A stretch of 38,419 nt of DNA from Desulfovibrionaceae bacterium (GCA_017421085.1 JAFQMU010000187.1:1-38419), one strand, 5' to 3'. Positions 1 through 9,756 are shown, numbered from the stretch's first letter. The notes: generated from the letters alone by a model not told the origin. Program-made: numbers and translations.

Positions 1-380
1 ATATATATCAATGTATTTCATTTATAATTGAAATTGGCAACTGAATTCATGGTCCCGGAATCAACGCTGAATACACCTGCGGAAAAAGGCACAATGCCCT
101 AAATCCGGCTCAAAGGCAAGCCCTTGTACCTGTTATTTTTCAATCAGGCAAGCTAATTTTTCCTGAACTTTTTTCCCGCAAAAATAAATTGTTCCCCCTG
201 GGTAAGTTCCCCTGAGCTGCAACGATAAAATCAGATGCTGCGCCGGAGCCGACACAGCCGGGCTCTGCTCCTGCTGAAGCCAACGGTCATTTCTTCAGTC
301 ATCGCCGGATCAGGCGGAGATCATTCGCCGGATGGAATAAACTCCTCTGCGGACGGAGGGGCGGCGGCCTGAGGGGCAGT

Positions 381-2585
381 TTACTTTTCCTCTTCATTGT
401 CGGGCCGTTGCAGCCCCGGCATTTTCAGTGGATTAGAGCCTCCGGGCTGAATGACCACGGCCTTTACTCCCCAGCCCGGCAGGTCGAAGCCGATTGCATC
501 TTCAGCCCGGCCCAGCATTTTTCCGCTGAAAGGATCAAGCAGTTTTGCCCCTTTCAGTGAACCGGCCTGGGGAATTTCTTTTAACTGTACGCTCTCGCTG
601 CTTCTGCTTCGGTTGAAGTTTGTCGCTGCAAGCAGAATTCCCCGATTGTCCGGAAGTTCTGTTACCAGAATTACCGCTCCCCTGCCGGATGTCTTTATTC
701 TGCCCAGATAGCGCCCTCCGGCCACTCCGGTGCGGTCGCGCATTGCAGCCAGCTGGCCCAGGCGATTCAAAAAGGAGTTTTGGGTTTCAGACTGGATGTC
801 AAGCCCGGGATAGAGGGTGGGGAGAGCAACGACCCCCCGTTCGGAAATCTGGATGCGCCTGCGTTCTCCCAGCAGGCTTACCCCGCCAGACTGGGGCTGC
901 CCCGGCTCCCCTTCCTGCGAGTAGACTTCATCGGGAATCCAGCCGGGAGGCAGGGCTCCCATAATATCATGGGCCGGGATAACAAGCAGACCGGGCTGGG
1001 CAGCCAGGAAAAAGGCCAGGGCTTCATGACCCTGTTGTATTTTGCTTTTTTGAGAGCTGGAAATATTTTCTTCCGGCTTCAGCCCCAGGGCAATGGCGGC
1101 CAGGGCGGCCCCGCTTGCAAACAGCGATTTTTTGTGCAGAAGATTGGAAACGCCGGGATAGTCGAGCAGCTCAGCGTAGGCCTCACGGGCTTCGTAAAAA
1201 CCGTTGTGGTAGAGTAAGCCGTCTTCGCCGGGCAGGCTGTGAACCATGCGGGCGAGCTCAATGCCTTCAGCCGCTGTTCTGTCCAGAATTATTCGGAGCA
1301 GGGCCGCGTTGCCGGTAATCAGGGCGTGCCCGGACCCGGTGGTGAGCAGAACATCATCTGCAAAATCCTGTTTCCGGGTCAGAAAGGCCTTGAGCCAGGG
1401 CAGGGAGAGATCGCCGCGGTTCCAAGACCAGCCGCCGTAGCGGCGCACTTCCTGCCCCACATCTGAGGCGGCGCCAAGGCCCGGTTCCAGGGCTGCATCG
1501 GCCGCTACCGGTTCAGCGTGTGGCATCAGCCCGTACAACGGTTCAAAACTGACGCTGACCAGGGCCGCTCCCAGTTCGCCTACTCCCCGCACAATACTCC
1601 CGCTGACAATTCTGCGTCCGGCCGCGCTGGGGTCGCCCCAGTTGAGCGCCGCACGCCGGGGGCTCTCGTAATAACGATAGGCAAAGCGGCGCATCTGGCC
1701 GTCCAGGCCGCGCACCTTTCCTGTAGCGGCCCAGCCGCCCGGCAGCCCCAGCTGGGCTTCCTGAGTGAAAGTCGGGGCAAACAGCCCGGCTGCGCCCAGT
1801 TGAGCCGCCGCTTCAGGTGTGATTTCCTGCACGTCCCATTCGCTTTTGGCTTCGGGCAGCAGCTCCCACATGTTTTCCGGCACTTCCACCAGACAGTAGA
1901 GGCCGGGGTAGTGGCGCATGTTGCGGGCCGCCAGGAAAAAGTCGGGCCCAATGCCTGTTGCTGAAGGGATGAGATGAAGCCCGAGAATAGCCTGATTGGC
2001 ATTGGCGGCATCGAGCAGGGCAAAATATTCTTTGTCTGTGCCTGCTGCTTCAGAAAATTGATAGCTCACCGGGTCATCATAATCATCCATCATATAATAG
2101 GAGCCGGACCACACTGCCCCTGAGGAAAAAGCCGGAGCCACATACAGACCGCGAATATTATTTTTGCTCAGCGCCTGCCAGACAACCGGCCGGGAGAGCA
2201 GGGCAAAGGCGCTTTGTCTGCCCTGAGTTACCAGTGTGGTAGGGTTTACATGCAGCCATACATTGGCATGTCTGAACAGCTCCGAGTGCCCCTGATTTAC
2301 CGGCGAAAGCTGCCAGGGGATGCTGCTGCCCGAAACCACTCTGGCAAGCTCTGTGGAGTTGTAAAGCATTGACTGTTTTTCCAGCCATTGCGCCTGACCG
2401 GGATCGGCCCGCAGCACTTCCGGCTTGTAATCGCCGGGATTGGCCCGAGGGCGGGTGTCTGCCAGGCCGCAGCCGGATGAAACGGCGGCAAGCAGCAGGA
2501 GGGGCAGAACAGCTGAAAACAAATATTTCGACAGATTAGGCATAATTGTCTTGATTGAAGGGCTTGAACTGTTTATCTCCACCAT
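381..2585 (-). CDS. Exported lipoprotein, TreY/GH13 (alpha-amylase superfamily)-like
   Basis: 734-aa ORF. The N-terminus has a lipoprotein signal (..LLLAAVSSGC, lipobox Cys); a start at the internal Met (MPNLSKY, coordinate 2543) is equally possible. The segment IRGLYVAPAFSSG..DDYDDP..GTDKEYFALLDAA..LGLHLIPSATG, then FAYRYY..LNWGDP.., resembles the conserved-region layout of maltooligosyl-trehalose synthase/GH13. The function call is tentative. Confidence 0.55.
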   Translation of the reverse strand: MVEINSSSPSIKTIMPNLSKYLFSAVLPLLLLAAVSSGCGLADTRPRANPGDYKPEVLRADPGQAQWLEKQSMLYNSTELARVVSGSSIPWQLSPVNQGHSELFRHANVWLHVNPTTLVTQGRQSAFALLSRPVVWQALSKNNIRGLYVAPAFSSGAVWSGSYYMMDDYDDPVSYQFSEAAGTDKEYFALLDAANANQAILGLHLIPSATGIGPDFFLAARNMRHYPGLYCLVEVPENMWELLPEAKSEWDVQEITPEAAAQLGAAGLFAPTFTQEAQLGLPGGWAATGKVRGLDGQMRRFAYRYYESPRRAALNWGDPSAAGRRIVSGSIVRGVGELGAALVSVSFEPLYGLMPHAEPVAADAALEPGLGAASDVGQEVRRYGGWSWNRGDLSLPWLKAFLTRKQDFADDVLLTTGSGHALITGNAALLRIILDRTAAEGIELARMVHSLPGEDGLLYHNGFYEAREAYAELLDYPGVSNLLHKKSLFASGAALAAIALGLKPEENISSSQKSKIQQGHEALAFFLAAQPGLLVIPAHDIMGALPPGWIPDEVYSQEGEPGQPQSGGVSLLGERRRIQISERGVVALPTLYPGLDIQSETQNSFLNRLGQLAAMRDRTGVAGGRYLGRIKTSGRGAVILVTELPDNRGILLAATNFNRSRSSESVQLKEIPQAGSLKGAKLLDPFSGKMLGRAEDAIGFDLPGWGVKAVVIQPGGSNPLKMPGLQRPDNEEEK

Positions 2586-2867
2586 GTTAAGATACCTGGG
2601 CGCCCGGTTCTACATAAGGCTTTTGGGACAAAGTCTTTTAAGCAGACTGAGCGGAGCGGAAGCCCTGCCCGAAGGCGGCGCCCCGGTGTGGATGAAGCTT
2701 TTTCCCCGCGCCGGCTTCAAAATGTAAGTTTGAGGGCGACCGGGGTGAGTCCTGATAAATTTATTCTTCTTCAGCCAAGGGGCCTGAATATACTGCATAT
2801 TTTGAAATGTTCAAAGATAAAAGTTTGTTGAGTATAAAATCAGATTTATGCTTAACCGGAGGAAGAA

Positions 2868-3698
2868 ATGTCATTTTTGATTGTTGATGAGCAAAAATGC
2901 CGCCGTTGCGGCGTATGTGTGGCCGAATGTCCCGCCCACCTCATTTATCTGGACGGCTATGAAGGGCATTTGCCTAAACTGCGCTACCGCGGGGAACAGG
3001 ATTGCATCTTATGCGGCCATTGCGTTGCATCCTGTCCGTTTTCCGCGCTGGGGCTTGAGCCGTTGCCGTCCGAAGGTTTTCTCCCGCTGGACAGGAGCCT
3101 GAATCTCAGCAGTTTTGAGCAGGGCGAGCAGTTTTTGAAAAGCCGCCGCTCCATACGAAATTACAAAAAGGATCCCGTACCATCCGAGGCGCTGGATAAA
3201 ATCATGGATATCGCCCGTTTTGCCCCCACCGCCAGTCATCGCCAGCCGGTGCGCTGGCTGCTGGTGGAGGATTCCGCGGCTGTCCGTCATCTGGCGGAGC
3301 TGGTGATTGAGTGGATGACCAGTGAACGTAAAAACAATTCGGAAATGTCAAGGCAATATCGCATGGCCGGGCTGATTGCCGGTTGGCGGCGCGGGCGCGA
3401 CCTGATTTTGTGTGGCGCCCCGCATCTGGCTGTAGCCTACACCGACCAGCCGGTATACTGGGAGAGTGTGGACAGCGCCATAGCCCTGACCTACCTTGAG
3501 CTTGCCGCGCACGCTGCCGGGGTTGGGGCATGCTGGGCCGGTTTCTTCACCCGCGCCGCCAAATTTTACCCCCCCATCAAGGCTTTTCTGGGATTGCCCC
3601 AGGATGCTGCGATACAGGGAGCGCAGATGCTTGGCTACGCTGCGTATTCCTACCCGCGTTTGCCGTGGCGCAAGCCGCTTGATTTACGGAAAATCTGA
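2868..3698 (+). CDS. 2x[4Fe-4S] ferredoxin domain fused to nitroreductase-family domain
   Basis: GGAGGA SD 6 nt upstream of the ATG. Two CxxCxxCxxxCP motifs (CRRCGVCVAECP, CILCGHCVASCP), followed by nitroreductase-type RRSIRNY..APTASHRQP.. Confidence 0.9.
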   Translation: MSFLIVDEQKCRRCGVCVAECPAHLIYLDGYEGHLPKLRYRGEQDCILCGHCVASCPFSALGLEPLPSEGFLPLDRSLNLSSFEQGEQFLKSRRSIRNYKKDPVPSEALDKIMDIARFAPTASHRQPVRWLLVEDSAAVRHLAELVIEWMTSERKNNSEMSRQYRMAGLIAGWRRGRDLILCGAPHLAVAYTDQPVYWESVDSAIALTYLELAAHAAGVGACWAGFFTRAAKFYPPIKAFLGLPQDAAIQGAQMLGYAAYSYPRLPWRKPLDLRKI

Positions 3699-3718
3699 TA
3701 ATATAGGATATTGATTAT

Positions 3719-3757
3719 ACAGGGAGTCGGGGCCTGCCTCCGGGCTCCCTGTATTTA
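3719..3757 (+). terminator. Rho-independent terminator after the nitroreductase gene
   Basis: The acagggag...ctccctgt stem (8 bp plus inner pairs) is followed by a T-rich tail, 20 nt after the stop codon. Confidence 0.55.
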
Positions 3758-3855
3758 TGTACATTTGCGGCAGCATGCCTGCATGATTTCAGCATATCCC
3801 GATAAAAATTTTTCTCCCTCTGGTCAGAAAGCGGAAGCTGATTATTTTAAACTCC

Positions 3856-5022
3856 ATGAGTCACCATATTATTATCAATACATCATTTTTTATTTTAGTT
3901 TGTTATCTGGGGGTAAGAGTTGTCCGGCATCTGCCTGTGGGCAGGATGTGGAAGTGGATGATTTTTTTGTTTTTTCTGATTTCTGCAGAGAATTTTTTCA
4001 TTCATGCGCTTATCTACCGGCTCGGATATCTGGATGATGTTCCCAAATGGTTTTCACTGGGGCTGAGCGTTGCCCAGGCATCGGTGATTATTCTTGCCCT
4101 GCTTGCTCTGGGGCGGGAGCTGCTGTTTCTGGTTTGCTCCGCAGCTGGACGTCTGTGGAGGGGTAAGCAGCCTGTCCCGACTCTCAGCGTATGGGCCAGG
4201 CACATGGGTTGGAGCAGTGTGGCCTTATGCTTTCTGGCTGTGTTGATAAGCGGAAAAGGGGTGCATAATGCTCTGCAAATTCCGCAGGTGGTGGAGGTGG
4301 AAATCAGCTCTCCGCATATCCCGCCTGCGCTCGATGGATTTAAAATAGCCCAGCTTTCCGATTTGCATATCGGCTCAGGCTTTGATGCGCCCTGGCTGCA
4401 CGAGGTGGTTGAGCGCACCAATGCCCTTAAACCTGATATGGTTGTGCTCACCGGCGACATGCTTGACGGCCGGGCCATGCGTATGCAGGAAGAGCTGGCT
4501 CCCCTTAACGGGCTGCATGCGCCATACGGCGTGTTTGTTATTGATGGAAACCATGAATATTATATCAGTTATTCCGACTGGTTGCGCTATATGGACACTG
4601 TGAGCGGGCACGAGCTGCTGCGCAATCATGGGGTGGTGCTGCCGGTAAACGGGGCCCGCCTGGGCATTGCCGGAGTAACCGATATTCAGGGCGCCAAAAA
4701 CTGGGTGGGGCCTGATCTTGACGCAGCGGCAGCGGCTGTGTCCGGCGCTGATTACCGGATACTGCTCTGGCACAGGCCTAATCAGGCCGAACTGGCCGCA
4801 ATGGCGGGTTTTGATCTGATGTTGTCCGGGCATACGCACGGCGGGCAGTTTTTTCCGGGCAATCCGTTCACTGCGCTTGTGCATAAGTATGCAATGGGGC
4901 TCTATGATGTGGACGGCATGGCGCTTTACGTCAACCCGGGCTCCAGCCTGTGGGGGCGCGTGCCCCTGCGTCTGGTGGTGCAGTCTGAAATTACTTTGCT
5001 GACCCTCAGGGCTGAAGTTTGA
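3856..5022 (+). CDS. Membrane-anchored metallophosphoesterase (YkuE/calcineurin-like)
   Basis: Hydrophobic N-terminal third. Classic motifs DLHIG, GDMLDG, GNHEY and GHTHGGQ. The start codon is uncertain because no SD is visible. Confidence 0.85.
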   Translation: MSHHIIINTSFFILVCYLGVRVVRHLPVGRMWKWMIFLFFLISAENFFIHALIYRLGYLDDVPKWFSLGLSVAQASVIILALLALGRELLFLVCSAAGRLWRGKQPVPTLSVWARHMGWSSVALCFLAVLISGKGVHNALQIPQVVEVEISSPHIPPALDGFKIAQLSDLHIGSGFDAPWLHEVVERTNALKPDMVVLTGDMLDGRAMRMQEELAPLNGLHAPYGVFVIDGNHEYYISYSDWLRYMDTVSGHELLRNHGVVLPVNGARLGIAGVTDIQGAKNWVGPDLDAAAAAVSGADYRILLWHRPNQAELAAMAGFDLMLSGHTHGGQFFPGNPFTALVHKYAMGLYDVDGMALYVNPGSSLWGRVPLRLVVQSEITLLTLRAEV

Positions 5023-5160
5023 CGGGGCAGCCCCCGGATGTGGCAGTAAAAGGGTTGATTCAGCCTGAAAATTGCTGCAATTCTTCATTTACCCCCGGAG
5101 CGCTTTGAGCTATTATTACGGCGTTTGAGCGTCACCTGCTTTATTGTTTGACGCTGACGG

Positions 5161-5505
5161 ATGATTCAGGGGGAGTTTATGTCTGCCAAAGTTCATAAGG
5201 CGCTGTATGCGCAAATTCCTTCTTTCAGGTGCAAGGAAGGATGCACTGAGTGTTGCGGCCCCGTGCCTTTTTCCAGTTGGGAGAAGGCTCAGGTAAAAAT
5301 TGAACCGGGAAAGCTGGGCCGGCGTTGCCCCTATCTGGGTGAAAGCGGCTGCCTGATTTATGAAAACCGGCCTCTGATGTGCCGCCTGTATGGAACTGTG
5401 CCGGAAATGAAGTGCCCGCACAAATGCCGCCCCGAAAAAATGCTTTCTTCCCAGGAAGGGCGGCGTATTCTGGCCAAGTATCGGAAAATGGCTGAACGGC
5501 CCTGA
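5161..5505 (+). CDS. YkgJ-family cysteine-cluster protein (UPF0153)
   Basis: Motifs CKEGCTECCGP ... CPYL..GCLIYENRPLMCRLYG. An alternative start at 5179 (MSAKV) is preceded by GGGGAG. Confidence 0.8.
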   Translation: MIQGEFMSAKVHKALYAQIPSFRCKEGCTECCGPVPFSSWEKAQVKIEPGKLGRRCPYLGESGCLIYENRPLMCRLYGTVPEMKCPHKCRPEKMLSSQEGRRILAKYRKMAERP

Positions 5506-5630
5506 GGCTGTGAGGGTTAAACCTGTCTGCTCAGCTTCCGGATACATTTTTTAGTTGGCAGACGGCAGAGAGGCAACTGGTCTGCGCTTGGATTGTTGCC
5601 AAATGCTTCAAGTTGATTTTCATTGTAAAA

Positions 5631-5674
5631 ACGGCTCCTGTCTGAAGCCGGCATCAGTTTCCGGCAGGAGCCGT
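5631..5674. terminator. Bidirectional hairpin terminator between convergent genes
   Basis: A perfect 10-bp stem (acggctcctg/caggagccgt) with an inner gccgg/ccggc stem. It is flanked by an A-tract (5627-5631) and a T-rich stretch (5678-5686). Confidence 0.5.
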
Positions 5675-5684
5675 CAGATTTGAT

Positions 5685-6008
5685 TTAATAGTCATCATCG
5701 TCTTCCCAGGGTTCTTCAGGCGGCGCCTCCACAACCGCAACCTGGTACATCAGGCCGCAGTACAGCAGGCCGGTGAACAGCTCCAGCAGGTCTTTATCCA
5801 CATAATATACGGTAATCAGTCCCGCCGGTATCAGGGTTATGACCTTGAAAAAGCGGCTTATTCGTTCATCTTCGAGCCATGAGCAGCAGGCAAAGCGCAG
5901 GGCAAACAGCCTGAGTTTTTGAAATACGCGAAACAGGCCAAGAGCGCACAGCAGAATAACCGCTATGGCTGCGATGTCTTCGGGCATGCTGTTCAGTTGA
6001 GTTTCCAT
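5685..6008 (-). CDS. Hypothetical small membrane protein with acidic C-terminal tail
   Basis: 107-aa ORF with about 3 hydrophobic segments, ending in EEPWEDDDDY. I recognise no family and see no clear SD. Confidence 0.4.
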   Translation of the reverse strand: METQLNSMPEDIAAIAVILLCALGLFRVFQKLRLFALRFACCSWLEDERISRFFKVITLIPAGLITVYYVDKDLLELFTGLLYCGLMYQVAVVEAPPEEPWEDDDDY

Positions 6009-6063
6009 AAATCTGGTTTGGGTAAATAAATTGTTCCGGGCCGGTATAAACCTGCGCTGTTTT

Positions 6064-6092
6064 CGTGACGGCGGGATAATCCCGCCGTCACG
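6064..6092. terminator. Perfect 13-bp hairpin downstream of the SSF transporter gene
   Basis: cgtgacggcggga-taa-tcccgccgtcacg. The T-rich tail is on the plus side only, so its role as the minus-strand terminator is uncertain. Confidence 0.35.
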
Positions 6093-6148
6093 GTTGTATT
6101 TTGATTAATTAAAGCATCTTGCGCTTTTTATATCTTATGCTGATGCTG

Positions 6149-7726
6149 TTATTCGCTTTTTACGCCGACGGCAACGGGGCTTTGCTCCCACGCTTCAGCA
6201 GGGTCTTCTTCCGCAGCCCGTTTACGCATGGCGCGTTTATGGGTGAGCTGCGACACAATGACCATGCAGATAAGGCTCATAATCGGCCCGGCCACGGTAA
6301 AGTAAAACCAGGTGGTGTCGGGCTTGGCAATGCTTTGCATGCTGAAGCCGTTGATGATGCCGCACAGGCCTACCCGCACCGCAATGCCGCCGATCATTGC
6401 GGCTACCGCGCCGTATCCGTTGGCCTTTTTCCAGTAAAGGCCCATGGCCAGAGGCACGAACAGGCAGGAAAGAATCAGGTCAAAGCCGAAGTTGGTCAGA
6501 GTCAGAGCTGAGTCAACAGTAAGTGAGAGGTAGGCTGCGAAAATGCCCACCGCCACAATGATGATTCTGGTCAGCTGCATGAGAGAGCGGGAGCTGATTC
6601 TGGGCATGAACAGGTCCTGAATAATGTTTTTGGATATCAGGCCGGACAGCGCAATGTTTGCAGTTGCAGCCGCGCTCATTACCGCAGACAGGCAGGCGCC
6701 CAGGAAGGTAGCCACCAGCGGTACGGGCATGATATCCTGGAACATTACCGGAATAAGCAGTTCGCTGTCGGAGGCGATGCGCTCCACTGCGCTTGCGCCA
6801 AGACTGCCTTTGCCGATCATGCTGATGCAGGTGAAGGAGAGAATGACCGTTACCACAAACAGCACAAAGACTATGGCCGCCGCCACCAGAGCGGAGTTGC
6901 GGGCAGTGCTGCCTGAGTTGGCGGAAAAGGCGCGCTGCAAAAGGTCGGGGCTGGCTACCGAGCCCAGACCCATCACCATCCAGGCGGCTATCCAGGCCAT
7001 CCAGCCCTTGGCATCGGCTGCTGATGCTTCCGGCAGGATGTTTACTTTTTCCTGAGGAATGGTTGAAGTCAGGGTGCTCCAGCCTGCCGACAGGCTGTTA
7101 TCGCCAAGATAATATACGGCAATGGGGGTAAGCACAATCAGGCCCCCGGCTACGATTATCACCTGCACGATATCGGTTACACACACGGCCCACAGACCGC
7201 CCAGCACGGTATAAGAGCAGATTACCGCCATGGCGATAATTACCCAGGTAGTGAGTGAAAGCCCGATAAGAGAAGTGCCCACCTTGGCAAAAGTGAGAAT
7301 CTGCACCGCAATCCAGAAAATAAAGGTGGAAGCGATCATCACTGTGGCGATTACGCCGGTAACTTTGCCGAAGCGCTGATAATAGTAGTCGCCCAGGGAA
7401 AGCAGCTTCATTCTCCACAGCGGTTTCATGAAAAACAGGCCGCAGATTACCAGGCAGAGCACCCCGCCAAAGGAAATCAGGCCGCCGTAATACATGGCCC
7501 CGTCCCACATGCCGTGACTGTAGAGAACTCCCGGCAGGGCAATGACTACCGTTCCGCCGAGCAGACAGGCCACCAGAGTGCCGGTGTTGAAAAACATGTT
7601 GAACGAACGGCCGCCGACCAGAAAGTCTTCAGCCCCCCTGTTCTTGCTTTTCATTATATAGCCGATGAAAATCATGCCGGCAAAGTAAATGCCAATGCCG
7701 ACCAGTACTCCTGCACCATCCAACAT
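6149..7726 (-). CDS. Sodium:solute symporter family (SSF/SSS) transporter
   Basis: Polytopic hydrophobic protein with SSF-like N-terminus (..FLVGGRSFN..). I placed the start at MLDGAG (7726) because GGAGG lies 7 nt upstream; the longest ORF starts at 7753. The substrate is unknown. Confidence 0.9.
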   Translation of the reverse strand: MLDGAGVLVGIGIYFAGMIFIGYIMKSKNRGAEDFLVGGRSFNMFFNTGTLVACLLGGTVVIALPGVLYSHGMWDGAMYYGGLISFGGVLCLVICGLFFMKPLWRMKLLSLGDYYYQRFGKVTGVIATVMIASTFIFWIAVQILTFAKVGTSLIGLSLTTWVIIAMAVICSYTVLGGLWAVCVTDIVQVIIVAGGLIVLTPIAVYYLGDNSLSAGWSTLTSTIPQEKVNILPEASAADAKGWMAWIAAWMVMGLGSVASPDLLQRAFSANSGSTARNSALVAAAIVFVLFVVTVILSFTCISMIGKGSLGASAVERIASDSELLIPVMFQDIMPVPLVATFLGACLSAVMSAAATANIALSGLISKNIIQDLFMPRISSRSLMQLTRIIIVAVGIFAAYLSLTVDSALTLTNFGFDLILSCLFVPLAMGLYWKKANGYGAVAAMIGGIAVRVGLCGIINGFSMQSIAKPDTTWFYFTVAGPIMSLICMVIVSQLTHKRAMRKRAAEEDPAEAWEQSPVAVGVKSE

Positions 7727-8410
7727 GGTAATACCTCCAGATCCGGGTTTCATCCACCCGGAGTCCCAAACTGCACTGGGCAGTTTAATTTCAAACCGCG
7801 CAAAAAAAGGGGCGCCGCAAAAATGCGGAGCCTGTGGGAAGAGCGGTTTGAGGAAGAAAACTTAATTTAAAAACCCGATAAAAACAAAAATTTAATATGT
7901 CTTGCTTAATTATGTGTTCTTATAGTTTTCCTCTCCTTTCTCCTTTGATATTTTGATGAAGTTAACGCCTGAAGCCGGACGTTTTGAGCATATCAAGGTT
8001 TCAGGCATGCTTGCGAAGGGCGGCGCCTTTTGAAAGACGTCCATTTAACTTTCTGTTTTCATGAACCCAGGGTAAAATTATCCGATTCAGTTTATTTCAT
8101 ACAAAAAAGGTTTAAAATAAGTTTTATTTAACAAGAAATACTTTTACTGCAATCAAATTTAGCCTTCTCATGCTTGAATAAGCCCATATCACATTTGAGG
8201 CAGCAAATCAAGCTTTTGGGGGAAGGGATTAAGTCAAGATGCGAGTCTGTTGTTATCAGCTGCCTTTGCAGAAATGCCATCTGATACGGAGCCTTCCTGG
8301 CTGAGCAGGGGAGGTCGTATCTTAATATCCGGTTGAGGAAGCCGTAAGGCGGATCGCCGCATGGCGGGCTGTCCCGAAGTTGTCTGCCCTGTACTTTTGG
8401 CTGGTCAGGA

Positions 8411-8450
8411 AAGGAAAAGGGCGGGTCTGAAAGCCCGCCCTTTGAGTTTT
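8411..8450. terminator. Hairpin terminator after alcohol dehydrogenase 1
   Basis: gggcggg-tctgaaag-cccgccc stem, flanked by an A-rich stretch on one side and T-rich on the other. It begins 16 nt past the stop at 8466. Confidence 0.55.
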
Positions 8451-8465
8451 CAATTGTGCTGCACC

Positions 8466-9623
8466 CTATTTGCCGTAGTAGGCGATGCGGAACAGTTCCT
8501 TCATCTGTTCCGGGGTCACGCTGCGCGGGTTGGTGCCGGTGCAGGGGTCGCCCACTGCATTTTCTGCCATGGAGTCGTGATACTGCTTGAACAGTTCCTC
8601 GTCCACGCCGTAGCCCTTGAGGGTGGCGGGGATGCCGAGGTCTTCATTCATTTTTTCAATCATTTGGGCCAGGGCTTCGATCAGCTCAGCGTCAGTGGCT
8701 CCGGGCAGGCCGAGGCGTCTGGCGATATCCACATACTTGGCCGGGGCTTCTTCGGCGTTGAAGCGGATTACATGCGGCAGATAGATGGCATTGGCGCAGC
8801 CGTGCGGCACTTTGAGAATGGCGCCGCTCTTGTGGGCCATGCTGTGCACGATGCCGAGAATGGCGTTGGAGAAAGACATGCCGGCAAGGCACTGGGCGAT
8901 GTGCATTTTGCCGCGGGCTTCCATACACCCGTTATAGGAGGCCACAAGGTAGTCTTTAATCATTTCCATGGACTTCATGGCCAGGCCGTCGGTGATTTCG
9001 TTGGCCATGGTGGAAACGTAGGCTTCAATGGCGTGGGTGATGGCGTCCATGCCGGTGTGAGCCACCAGGGTTTTGGGCATGCTCTGCACAACGTTCAAAT
9101 CCAGAATGGCATAGTCGGGAGTGATGTTGTAGTCGGCAATGGGGTATTTTACATGAGTTTTTTCATCAGTGATCACCGCGAAGGAGGTTACCTCGGTGGC
9201 GGTGCCGCTGGTGGTGGGAATGGCCACAAAAATGGCTTTGCGGCGCATTTCGGGCAGAGTGAAGGGCACAGCCGCCTGTTCAAAGGTCCATTCGGGATAT
9301 TCATAGAACACCCACATGGCCTTGGCCGCATCAATGGGGGAGCCGCCGCCCAGACCGATGATTACGTCAGGCTGGAACTCCTGCATCTTTTTTGCACCGG
9401 CCAGAACAGTAGCCACGGTGGGGTCATTTTCCACGCCTTCAATCAGGTCATATTCCACGCCCATCTGCTTCAGGTTGTCATAAACCGCATCAAGAGCGCC
9501 GTTTTTTTTGACCGCGCTGCCGCCGATTACAATAGATGCGCGGGAAATGCCTTTAATTTTCTGCAATTCAGCAATTGCGCCTTCACCAAAATAGAGAAAA
9601 CGTGGAATGATAAAGCTTGCCAT
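8466..9623 (-). CDS. Iron-containing (group III) alcohol dehydrogenase
   Basis: AAGGAG SD. GGGSPIDAAKAMW nucleotide-binding motif and the His-rich metal site (..HTGMDAITHAIEAY.., ..HSMAHK.., ..PHG..). Confidence 0.92.
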   Translation of the reverse strand: MASFIIPRFLYFGEGAIAELQKIKGISRASIVIGGSAVKKNGALDAVYDNLKQMGVEYDLIEGVENDPTVATVLAGAKKMQEFQPDVIIGLGGGSPIDAAKAMWVFYEYPEWTFEQAAVPFTLPEMRRKAIFVAIPTTSGTATEVTSFAVITDEKTHVKYPIADYNITPDYAILDLNVVQSMPKTLVAHTGMDAITHAIEAYVSTMANEITDGLAMKSMEMIKDYLVASYNGCMEARGKMHIAQCLAGMSFSNAILGIVHSMAHKSGAILKVPHGCANAIYLPHVIRFNAEEAPAKYVDIARRLGLPGATDAELIEALAQMIEKMNEDLGIPATLKGYGVDEELFKQYHDSMAENAVGDPCTGTNPRSVTPEQMKELFRIAYYGK

Positions 9624-9756
9624 AGTTAAACTCCTTGAATTTTATTGCCGGAGCGCAATGCACGCAACAAACGCCCCCCAGATTGCCGACGCTTTACGGA
9701 AGCTGCAAAGATATCGGCAGTTGCCACATGAAACATCAACAGATGCCTCTTCCCAG

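Noticed and set aside
1-130. An AT-rich start of the window with (AT)4 and a small inverted repeat atttca-N8-tgaaat.
   Set aside because: The sequence is truncated at the window edge, the repeats are short enough to arise by chance, and no ORF or RNA signature is present.
5531-5623. A 30-codon minus-strand ORF preceded by AGGAG, sharing its RBS string with the methylase remnant.
   Set aside because: The SD-like sequence is one arm of the bidirectional terminator hairpin and the ATG follows its U-tract. The peptide has no recognisable features.
8361-9629. A 422-aa plus-strand ORF covering the alcohol dehydrogenase gene.
   Set aside because: It is an antisense shadow ORF (G/H/A/V-rich, no motifs, no RBS). 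The minus-strand frame is an unmistakable Fe-ADH with SD and terminator. The same logic applies to the other long antisense ORFs: 12900-13751, 17871-18572, 18709-19563, 20575-21303 and 29769-30668.
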